Below, piece after piece: positions 1 through 8,500 of a stretch of 64,000 nucleotides of DNA. The first letter of the stretch is position 1; every line of letters begins with the position of its first letter. A model generated the notes under the pieces. That model was not told the DNA's origin, did not search any database, and was given only the letters and a program-made list of their open reading frames with translations. The translations under genes and the position numbers were made by a program. The stretch comes from Myxococcota bacterium (lineage in GTDB: Bacteria; Myxococcota_A; SURF-8), in contig CAXXQS010000001.1 in NCBI GenBank assembly GCA_963674735.2, forward strand, positions 192,001 through 256,000. Direction: 5' to 3'.

Positions 1-155
1 TCGCGCGAGGCGGCGAAATAATAGCCTTCGTCCTTGGTATAGCCCATTCCGTCCCAGGTAGCGGCGATCCAGACGAAGTGAGCCGCCAATACCGTCAGCA
101 GGATCGGTACGATCCGGGTTTTCTTCATTTTCGGGCGAATGCGAAAGAGTATCAT
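1..155 (-). CDS. Partial (5' end only) GT-C fold glycosyltransferase, ArnT/PMT (GT39/GT83)-like
   Basis: Not in the ORF track. ATG at 155 with a GAGGA RBS reads MILFRIRPKMKKTRIVPILLTVLAAHFVWIAATWDGMGYTKDEGYYFAASR and runs off the window. A TM helix followed by a DExxY motif is typical of GT-C enzymes. Confidence 0.6.
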   Translation of the reverse strand, partial: MILFRIRPKMKKTRIVPILLTVLAAHFVWIAATWDGMGYTKDEGYYFAASR

Positions 156-165
156 GCGTTCGTCC

Positions 166-1080
166 TCACTTCGCAAAGCCGGTAAAGGTGAAATGCCGTC
201 GTCCGTCGTGCGGGGAATGGACGACCAACTCAATGCGGTGCACATCTCCTGAGATTTCGCTCAGATCAAATTCGCTACGTAGCCAACCGCTCGTGTTGGG
301 TTGCAGGACTTGGCCAAGTTTCCGGCCATCCACGAGTACATCGATGTAAACCGGTTTCCCTTTCGGTTCCGCAACGGCATAGAGGGTCAACCCGTGGCGC
401 AAGACCAGCTGTTGGGAGGCGGGTACCCGTTCGAAAACGATATGGATTTTGGTTCCCGTTACCGGGTGGGCCCAGATGGTTTCACGCCGGGCATCGCCGA
501 TTTCCATCGGAAGAACGCCGACGTAATGCCAGTTGAGACGCGGCGAACAGCGGAAACGCTTTTCTTCGGGGACAAAGGGCAAGCAGGTGGTCGTCTTTCC
601 GTTACGAGTGGTGTAGACATCCGCCTCGGCCAGATGTTGAACGAAGTCGAAAGCCGGACTGGGCTTGGGCAACGCCAACAACTCGATTTCGATCGGTCCG
701 GCAAAATATCGTTTAACGGGGATGGCGCCTTGCTCGATGAAGTCGGCACGGTCGGTGAAACGGTCATGGCTTGACACGACCCACAGGCGCGAGACGTTGG
801 GCCAGTCTTCCTGGCTGACCCGGCGAACATAATGCGGAACAAGCCCGGCTTCGACAAAGGCTTGTTCGCCGGTTGTCGCCCAGAAGGGAACGACCGCCAC
901 GGCGTCCTGCGGCTTCGCTTGCTCTTGTATCAGACCCGCTGCTGCCTGCCAATCCCCTACGCTTGGGGTTTGCGCCGTAAGGCTGTGGTGGAAGTAAATC
1001 GACCAAAGCGCCAGCGTAACCAATAACGCGGCAGCCCCGAGTGTCAATAGCGGTTTTTTGGATGCGTGTTGGCTGTGCAT
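166..1080 (-). CDS. Membrane-anchored hypothetical protein with a beta-rich extracytoplasmic domain
   Basis: 304-aa ORF with an N-terminal TM helix. It ends 10 nt before the GT-C start, so the two are probably one operon. Confidence 0.7.
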   Translation of the reverse strand: MHSQHASKKPLLTLGAAALLVTLALWSIYFHHSLTAQTPSVGDWQAAAGLIQEQAKPQDAVAVVPFWATTGEQAFVEAGLVPHYVRRVSQEDWPNVSRLWVVSSHDRFTDRADFIEQGAIPVKRYFAGPIEIELLALPKPSPAFDFVQHLAEADVYTTRNGKTTTCLPFVPEEKRFRCSPRLNWHYVGVLPMEIGDARRETIWAHPVTGTKIHIVFERVPASQQLVLRHGLTLYAVAEPKGKPVYIDVLVDGRKLGQVLQPNTSGWLRSEFDLSEISGDVHRIELVVHSPHDGRRHFTFTGFAK

Positions 1081-1208
1081 TCCCAGTTGGCCGTTTATTT
1101 CTAATATAAGAGCCTACAACAACAACGAAAAGCTCCAGCTATATAGCATGTTTACACTTGGAATCAAAGGGAAAATCGGTTTTCGGGAGAGGTGCTCAAC
1201 GAAGGGAT

Positions 1209-1631
1209 TCAGCTCCAGTCGTCGGCTGGGGCGCTCATGACCAAGCGTTCGCGAATGACCCGTGGGCAGTCGGCTGTATCGCGCCAGGAACAGCCTAAGC
1301 AAACGGAGGCCAGGTCGGCCCCCGGCGAGCGCGTCAGCCAGCGGCGCAGGAGATCGACCGTGACGGAATCGCCCGCTCGCCAGCCAAGTAGTGTGAGGAC
1401 GCGCTGGTCGAGTTCGTCAGCGGTAACTTGTATGTTGGGCGATAGGCAGCAGCCGTGTTCGTCCATGTGCGGACAAGCCTTGCACAAATCATCCGCTTTC
1501 AATGTCAGTGTGGCTGTTTCACCGGCCAAAAACCGGGTTTGCAGACGCTCGCACGCCTGAATAAAGGCGGGTGAATAGCCTTTGCCTGAATAGGCCAGCA
1601 AACAAAACAAATGATGTGGCCGGAGTTTCAT
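1209..1631 (-). CDS. DUF1284 family protein (Cys/His, putative metal or Fe-S binding)
   Basis: MKLRPHHLFCLLAYSGKGYS N-terminus, DDLCKACP, C-terminal CxxCxW. Confidence 0.85.
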   Translation of the reverse strand: MKLRPHHLFCLLAYSGKGYSPAFIQACERLQTRFLAGETATLTLKADDLCKACPHMDEHGCCLSPNIQVTADELDQRVLTLLGWRAGDSVTVDLLRRWLTRSPGADLASVCLGCSWRDTADCPRVIRERLVMSAPADDWS

Positions 1632-1803
1632 GGTGGCGGTTCCTTTGAATCGTCCGTAATGGAAACACTTTTTACCATAGCATTCTCACCCTATCGAATT
1701 CAAGCATATTCATCAACCGGGATGTCGATGCCGATCGCGCAAGGATACTGGTGTAGTTAAGTGATAACAGCAGCTTACAGGTTTGTCGATAAGCCTTTTT
1801 AAC

Positions 1804-1833
1804 TTGACAATTTGTCGGTGGTCATGTAACAAT
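1804..1833 (+). promoter_or_regulatory. Possible sigma70-type promoter
   Basis: Perfect TTGACA at 1804 followed by TGTAACAAT (weak -10). It overlaps the palindrome GACAA-T-TTGTC. Confidence 0.35.
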
Positions 1834-2048
1834 CAAAATTGGGTTTGAGGATCGATTATTTTCGAGCACATTAAACCTAAATATTGCGAAGTAAACGTAA
1901 ACTCTCTATGACTTTGTCAGGGAGTTGGGTCGTCGGGTATTCGGTGCGGTTGACAAATCGTGTGGGGGAAGGCGCAAGGGGCTGCGCTGAGGTTTCCGCT
2001 TATTTGTAAGGGGTTGAAGTGGGAGCCGAAAAGGTAAGGGGAGAAGAA

Positions 2049-2300
2049 ATGATGAAGCAGACCATCGATGGAAACCATTACGATACGGAAAGGGCGATCA
2101 AGCTGGCCGGGGCTGAGTGGTCGAATTTTCCCACCGAGGGTGACGCGGTGCGCTATACGCTTTTTAAAGACCTTGAGGGCCGGTTTTTTGTGGTCGAGGA
2201 ATCAACCTGGATGCCGGAAGGCGTGATCGTTCCAAAAACGCGTAAAGACGCAGAGTTATTTTATCTGATTTACGCTCATCAAATTTTTGAGGCTTTTTAA
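2049..2300 (+). CDS. Small hypothetical protein (83 aa)
   Basis: GGAG RBS before ATG 2049. MMKQTIDGNHYDTERAIKLA resembles 'I(N/D)GKxYDT' N-termini of small phage/ICE-type proteins. Confidence 0.65.
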   Translation: MMKQTIDGNHYDTERAIKLAGAEWSNFPTEGDAVRYTLFKDLEGRFFVVEESTWMPEGVIVPKTRKDAELFYLIYAHQIFEAF

Positions 2301-2549
2301 CTTCTTTCAATTCCAACGCGTTTGACGGATCGAGCAGGACGCCGCCTTATCCCAGTATGCTTCGTTTCAATTCTCCCACCATTCGATTTCCCCCATTTTT
2401 CCAGGATAGGCAAAAATCGAAAATCTCTCCAACCATTTGAAATCAATGTAAATCGCACGATCCGGACCGAAAATAGTTGCAGGTCGGCCTCAAGAATGCT
2501 ATGAGACTGGTAAATAGCTCCGGCTGATATTCACGAACGAGGGAATACG

Positions 2550-3014
2550 ATGAGCAAGACCATTGAAGGAGCGCTGGACGCCAAGGGCCTGCGGATTGGG
2601 ATTATCGTTGGCCGTTTCAATAGCTTTATCACGGAAAAACTGTTGGAAGGCGCAACGGACGCACTTGTGCGTCACGGTGCGCAAGCCACCGACATCGTCG
2701 TGATCAAAACGCCGGGAGCCTTTGAGATTCCTGCTGTTTTGAAGAAAGCCGCCGCTAGCGGCAACTACGATGCGCTGATTTGCCTGGGAGCCGTTATTCG
2801 GGGTGGAACGCCGCATTTCGACTATGTGGCGGCCGAAGTTTCCAAGGGTGTCGCGCAGGTGATGATGGAATCCATGCTGCCGATTTCCTTTGGCGTGCTT
2901 ACCTGCGATACGGTTGAGCAAGCCATCGAGCGTGCCGGAACCAAATCGGGCAACAAAGGCTTTGATTCGGCCATGGCCGTAATCGAAATGGCGAATCTTT
3001 ATAAAGAGTTGTAA
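2550..3014 (+). CDS. ribH: 6,7-dimethyl-8-ribityllumazine synthase
   Basis: [29 protein letters not shown] and NKG motifs. Confidence 0.98.
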   Translation: MSKTIEGALDAKGLRIGIIVGRFNSFITEKLLEGATDALVRHGAQATDIVVIKTPGAFEIPAVLKKAAASGNYDALICLGAVIRGGTPHFDYVAAEVSKGVAQVMMESMLPISFGVLTCDTVEQAIERAGTKSGNKGFDSAMAVIEMANLYKEL

Positions 3015-3071
3015 GAGTTGTACGAAGACCAGGCAAGGTCGAAATCGGATTTTTGACATCAGGTGAAGCCC

Positions 3072-3503
3072 ATGGGCAGTCGACGCACGTCCAGGATTTG
3101 CGCACTCCAGATTTTGTATCAGATGGAGTCCAACCCCGTGACGGTTGAGCAGGCGGTCAGTCTGTATTGGATGAATTTCGAGCCGATCTCGGAAAATCCG
3201 GATCGTTTGGAAGAAATCCGTTTGTTCACCGATATGCTGATTCAAGGCGTGTCGGCGAACAAAGACCGGATTGACCAGGAAATCCAGGCCAGTTCAAAAA
3301 ACTGGAAACTCAACCGGATGGCTTTGGTGGATCGGAATATCCTTCGCCTGGCCGTGTATGAATTGTTGCTTCTTGACGATATCCCCAAACGTGTCTCCAT
3401 CAACGAGGCGATCGAACTCGGGAAGAAGTTCGGCTCCGAGGACTCGGGCTCGTTCATCAACGGCGTTCTCGACAAGATCTCTCAAGGAATCGAAAAAGGC
3501 TGA
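3072..3503 (+). CDS. nusB: Transcription antitermination factor NusB
   Basis: Arg-rich N-terminus, DRNILRLAVYEL, INEAIELGKKF and FINGVLD; ribH-nusB synteny. Confidence 0.97.
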   Translation: MGSRRTSRICALQILYQMESNPVTVEQAVSLYWMNFEPISENPDRLEEIRLFTDMLIQGVSANKDRIDQEIQASSKNWKLNRMALVDRNILRLAVYELLLLDDIPKRVSINEAIELGKKFGSEDSGSFINGVLDKISQGIEKG

Positions 3504-3507
3504 TCGT

Positions 3508-4062
3508 ATGCCACGCATGATCCTGGCAGTCGAAAGCCTGGAGGAGCTGGACCGGCTTGAGGAAGACGTGCTGGTCTTGAGCCTGTTTGCCGATGAGCGG
3601 CCATTGCGAGGGCTGAACGGCCTGGCGGATTGGCGCCTGAACGGGCGTTTGTCGGCGATGATCGTCAAGCGCGAGTTGGATGGCACCGGCGGCGAGCGTG
3701 TTCTGACGACCGTCAACCAACGTTTCGGCGCGGCTCGGTTGCTGCTGTTTGGTCTGGGACCGTTCGAGCAATTCAACAACATGACTTACGCTCGCCTGGT
3801 TGAGCGCATTTTCACCACTTTGGAAGATATGAAAGCGGCTTCTTGCGCCTTGGCGATCCCCGGCGCGAATCTTACCGATGAATTTATCTTGGAACGCTTG
3901 GCGATCCTTATCAAGGAATCGCATGCATTTTACAGGGGTGATGTTAAACTGTTTGTTGGGCGTCGGCAGAATTTCAAGGAAATGCGCGCCAAGTTCGATT
4001 TGATACACAGCGAAGTGGAAAAGCTTATGGAAAACACCAAAACGAAAGGAAAAAAAGCATGA
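3508..4062 (+). CDS. Stand-alone leucyl aminopeptidase (M17) N-terminal-domain-like protein
   Basis: DERPLRGLNGLADWRLNGRLS...GERVL...LLFGLG. No catalytic M17 C-terminal domain. Start moved to ATG 3508, just after the nusB stop. Confidence 0.75.
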   Translation: MPRMILAVESLEELDRLEEDVLVLSLFADERPLRGLNGLADWRLNGRLSAMIVKRELDGTGGERVLTTVNQRFGAARLLLFGLGPFEQFNNMTYARLVERIFTTLEDMKAASCALAIPGANLTDEFILERLAILIKESHAFYRGDVKLFVGRRQNFKEMRAKFDLIHSEVEKLMENTKTKGKKA

Positions 4063-4184
4063 CAGTGCAGGAGTGGGTCATGGTTTTGGTGGTAACCGTG
4101 GCGGTTTTACTGTTCCCTAAAATGCCCGCTTTAGGCGATGCGTTGGGACGTACTCTCGAACGTCTGTTCCGTTCTCGTTCTTGA
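4059..4184 (+). CDS. TatA/TatE-like mini membrane protein (41 aa)
   Basis: Not in the ORF track. ATGA overlap with the upstream stop and an AAGGA RBS. MTVQEWVMVLVVTVAVLLFPKMPALGDALGRTLERLFRSRS is a short TM helix plus an amphipathic helix. Confidence 0.6.
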   Translation: MTVQEWVMVLVVTVAVLLFPKMPALGDALGRTLERLFRSRS

Positions 4185-4233
4185 TCAAAGGATCGATCCG
4201 CCTTCCATTCAGAAAAACTCGCCACGACCGATT

Positions 4234-5493
4234 CTAAATTTTCATTGATTCCACATAGTGTGCACACCAACCTTCATAGGCTGCGTAAAACATCTTCGGC
4301 GCCGAACAACTAACCGAGACGAGTCCATCGGAGGTGGGGGCCATCCAGAGTTCCAATTCGTACTCTAGTGGATGATCGACCAGCTCGAAGGTGATGCGGG
4401 CGTAGACGGCTTCTTTGCCGCCAAGGTGGCCGGTAACCTGCTCCAGGATGTGGAAACTCCGCTGGTTGATCTCGTTCCCTTGGACAACCTCTCGTTTCAG
4501 GTCGTCGATCAGGGCGCTCAACGGTAGGTTTTTCTCGCTTTCCAGCTCCGCCGCTATCCAGAAACCCGAGGATCGATCGACAAATTGAACGCCCTGCTGG
4601 ATTTCTTCGTTGGGAATGGCTTGCAGATTATCGGGGGTCATTCCATTGATGGGGGTATTGGCCACATGAAAGCTGGACCAGGAAGCGGGCAGTGGTAGGT
4701 GCTGGCTGATGAAAATATTGTTGAGCATAAGGGCGATCGTGACCAAGGCCAATCCGGCAAATGCGACCGCAAGCACGCTTTGTCCGATTTTATTGAGTAT
4801 TTTTTCTTTTGGGCTGCCGGGCAAGCGTGCTTGCAGCATCAAAGCCGTCAGCCCGCCCGCGATGAGGCCGCCGACGTGGGCGTAGTTGTCGATCCCTTCG
4901 ATGACCAAACCGAGACCCAGGTTGAGCAGAATCCAGGGGAGTAGGCCACGACCGAAGAATCGGCGGAAGGCGGGTGGAATAGCCTCGCGATATTTGAATC
5001 CCACCACCGCACCGGCTCCCAGTAAGCCGAAAATCGCTCCAGAAGCGCCGACCGACATGATGGGCGACCCGACATAGCTGGCGGCGATACTGGCGATACC
5101 GGAAACGAAAAACAAGACGATAAAACGTCGTTTGCCGTACAGGTTTTCGATGATACGTCCGAGCAGGTAAAGCGCATAGCCGTTGAACAGGATGTGCAAA
5201 ATTCCGAAGTGCAGGAAGATCGGTGAAACCAATCGCCAGGGTTGACCGTTGTCGATGAAGGTATTGATCTTGGCGCCCATGCGCACCAGAGTTTCCGGGT
5301 CGTTGTCGGCTCCGCAAATCAGGCTTAGTCCCCAGAATGCGATCAACAGGCCCAGAAGTGTGTAGGTGACGACAGCGGGTCGCTTGAGGGCCTGATAGAA
5401 CAGACGGGTGTCTTCGATTTCTTTGACCTGTTCGGGCGTCAGGACCACGCGACGAGGATCGACACGGCGAACGGGGCGATGGAAGAGTTTCAT
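4234..5493 (-). CDS. Rhomboid intramembrane serine protease with a C-terminal soluble domain
   Basis: WRLVSPIFLH, HILFN, GASG (catalytic Ser) and AHVGG (catalytic His). GAGGAG RBS before ATG 5493. Confidence 0.92.
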   Translation of the reverse strand: MKLFHRPVRRVDPRRVVLTPEQVKEIEDTRLFYQALKRPAVVTYTLLGLLIAFWGLSLICGADNDPETLVRMGAKINTFIDNGQPWRLVSPIFLHFGILHILFNGYALYLLGRIIENLYGKRRFIVLFFVSGIASIAASYVGSPIMSVGASGAIFGLLGAGAVVGFKYREAIPPAFRRFFGRGLLPWILLNLGLGLVIEGIDNYAHVGGLIAGGLTALMLQARLPGSPKEKILNKIGQSVLAVAFAGLALVTIALMLNNIFISQHLPLPASWSSFHVANTPINGMTPDNLQAIPNEEIQQGVQFVDRSSGFWIAAELESEKNLPLSALIDDLKREVVQGNEINQRSFHILEQVTGHLGGKEAVYARITFELVDHPLEYELELWMAPTSDGLVSVSCSAPKMFYAAYEGWCAHYVESMKI

Positions 5494-5503
5494 CGGACTC
5501 CTC

Positions 5504-5543
5504 AAAAAACGCGCGTCTCCCGGATGGACGGCGAGACGCGCGT
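5504..5543 (-). terminator. Intrinsic terminator downstream of the giant lipoprotein gene
   Basis: 11-bp stem ACGCGCGTCTC/GAGACGCGCGT followed by a T-run on the minus strand. Confidence 0.7.
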
Positions 5544-5577
5544 GTGACGATTGAACGGCGGATTCAGATCGAATCCC

Positions 5578-8500
5578 TTATTCGCGGCAGCGACATTCTC
5601 CTGTATCGCAAATGAAGTCCGCGCCGAATGTTTCGATACATTCGATATTGGTGACACAGCTTTGCGTACAGTAGCGTTCGAACAGCGGCCACCACTCCCC
5701 GGTGCAGTAGGATTGCGACCCATAAATGCTCCAGCAGTTTTCATCGGTGAAACAACTGCCATAGTTGCACTCGGGTGGGGGTAATTCTTCGCACAGACAA
5801 TATCCCTCAAAACAAGACGACATGTCGGGACAGTCCTGGTCGTTGCCGCAGGATTGCGTGCACCATTGCATGCCCAGCGGTTCGACGAACAGGCATTCAT
5901 TCCAGCCTTGTTCGGTGCATTCGGCGTCGGTGCTACATTCCGACTGCACGCAGCGATCGTTAGACAAATAATCGCAGACGCAGTTGCCGTAGTGGCAGCG
6001 GTAGCCGGAGGGGCATTGGCTGTCGGTATCGCAAGCTTTCGAACATTCCTTGACCTCATCGAAACCGTAAACGTCGGCACAGAAGGGCAGGTCGTTCGAA
6101 CATTGGGTGTCGGTGCTGCAGATTACCGGACAGTCGGGCGGATCGTCGGGACAGGCGCAGTAGCCGTCGGACCCGCAGGTCCACGGCTTGGGGCAGTCGC
6201 TGCCGCCGCCGCAATCCCGCGAGCAGATCCCCATATTTTCCAAACACAGCAAACCGTAATTAGTACAGGAACTGTCGTCGGAACAACCGACCTCCGCACA
6301 GGCGTTGGGGTCGAAAGCGGTCGGATCGCAGGCGTTGCCGAGACCGTCGTTGTCGGAATCGAGTTGATTCTGGTTGGCTGCATATATGCAGTTGTCGCAG
6401 GCATCGCCTAAAAGATCGCGGTCGGAATTTTCCTGTTGCGGGTTGTAGTGCGACGGGCAGTTGTCATCCACATCCGGTACGTCGTCGCCGTCACGGTCGA
6501 GCGGTTCATCCGTATCGCCGTCGATGTCCCCATCCACGACTTCAAGGCAGTTCCAGAGCGTGTTGCAATCTTCCAGACTCAGGCAAGCCAGAACGGCGCT
6601 GTCCAAGGCGGCATCTTCACAAAAATCGATGCACTCTTCGATCGTATCGCCGAAGGGCAATCCGGCTCCCAGGTAACCGCAAAGCTCGATGCGGCTACAG
6701 GCGCTGTGGCAATCGTAAACCGGCAGGTCGCCGTCGGTATCTCCATCCACTTCCTGATAAACCAAATAATCCAGGACGACTTCATCGTCGTAGCCGGTGG
6801 GGTCGACCGATTCGGCATGTAAAACGCGGGCTCTCAGATTGTATTGTCCTGCGGCTTCCGGGGTCCATACGATATTGCTGGCTCCAGGGTAGTCCATCAG
6901 GTTTTGCCAAGGCCCTCCGTCGAGACGATAATCGACTCGGTAATGAATGGGGCTGGCTGGATCGGTTGAAATGGACAACGCCACGGGATCGTCGATCTGC
7001 GCTTGATCGGGGGGGGCGGCGCTGAAACTGACGATGTCGGCGGTGGGCCAGTCGGCGGAAATGCGGTATTCGATGGTCATTTCATCGTCGTAGCCGCGTG
7101 GGTCTTCCGAGTCCGGGTGGAAGACTCGTGCTCGCAATCGGTAGTTCCCCGCCTGGGTGGGCGCCCAGCTATAGAGATAGTAGCCCGGATAATCCATAAG
7201 GGTTACCCAGTCGCCGTCTTCGAACTGCATATCGATGCGATAGTACATGTAGGGGGGTGGAGATTCGGAGCGGATGCGCAGACTGACGGCTTCGCCGAAG
7301 TCGGCATTGCCGTCCGGGGTTCCATAGAAATCGGTGATGCGAGCGGCAGGCCACGATCCGACGACTTGGTAGGGAATGATCATTTCGTCGTCGTATCCGC
7401 GCGGATCTTCGGAATCGGGATGTACCACGCGTGCCCGCAACTCATAGCTGCCAGCTTCACCCGGAGTCCAGTCGTGCTGGAAATAGCCTGGGTAGGCCAT
7501 GATCGTAGTCCAGGAACCGCCCTCCAGGCGTGCCTCGATCTGGTAGTACATGTAAGGGGGCGGGGATTCGGAACGGATGCGCAGGCTGACCATTTCACCG
7601 AGATCGGCTGTTTCGTCCGGTGTTCCGTAGAAGTCGTTGATAACGGCTTTGGGCCAGTCGGCACTAACGGTGTAGCTTAGGAAGGCTTCGTCGTCATAGC
7701 CGCGCGGATCTTCCGAATCGGGGTGTACCACACGTGCCCGCAACTGGTAGTTGCCCGGAGATTCCGGGCTCCAGTCCTTCTGGAAATATCCCGGATAATC
7801 CATCACGGTCATCCATTCTCCGCCCTCAATCCGTGCATCGATGCGATAGTACATGTAGGGCGGCGGGGATTCGGAGCGGATGCGCAGGCTGACCGTTTCG
7901 CCTACCGCAGCCTCGTCGGCCGGGTCTGCGTAAAAATCCGTGATTTTGGCCTTGGGCCAATCGGTGCTGATTTCGTAGGTGATGATACGTTCGTCGTCGT
8001 AGCCGCGCGGGTCCAGCGAATCGGGATGGAACACCCGCGCCCGCAATTCATAGCTTCCGGTTTCCGAGGGGTTCCATTCGGCCGTGTAATAACCGGGGAA
8101 GTCCATCAGCGTGACCCAGCCTTCACCGGCCCGACGAACATCGATACGATAGTACATGTAAGGGGGCGGAGATTCGGAACGGATACGCAGGTTGATCGTT
8201 TCGCCCAGGAAGGCCTCGTCGGCCGGATCTCCGTAGAAGTCGTTGATCACGGCTCGGGGCCAAGCGCTGCAGATTCCACTTGCACAGATGCCTTCCGGAA
8301 TGTCGGGATCGTTGGTTTCGCAGGGGGTGCCGTCCGGCAGGACTGTCGAGGAGCAGCCGGTGGGTTCGGTGCAGAAATCGTCGGTACAAGAATTGTCGTC
8401 GTCGCAATCCAGTTCCAAACTGACGCAATGACCGAAGTAACACAGATCTCCCTCCGTGCAAACCAATCCATCGCTACAGGAGGAGCCGTTGGGCAACGGA

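Noticed and set aside
2300-2549. FMN riboswitch upstream of ribH
   Set aside because: The conserved RFN core sequences were not seen.
6760-8262. 303-nt repeats as a diversity-generating retroelement or CRISPR-like array
   Set aside because: The repeats are in-frame coding domains with largely synonymous divergence that is not restricted to adenines, and there is no reverse transcriptase in the window.
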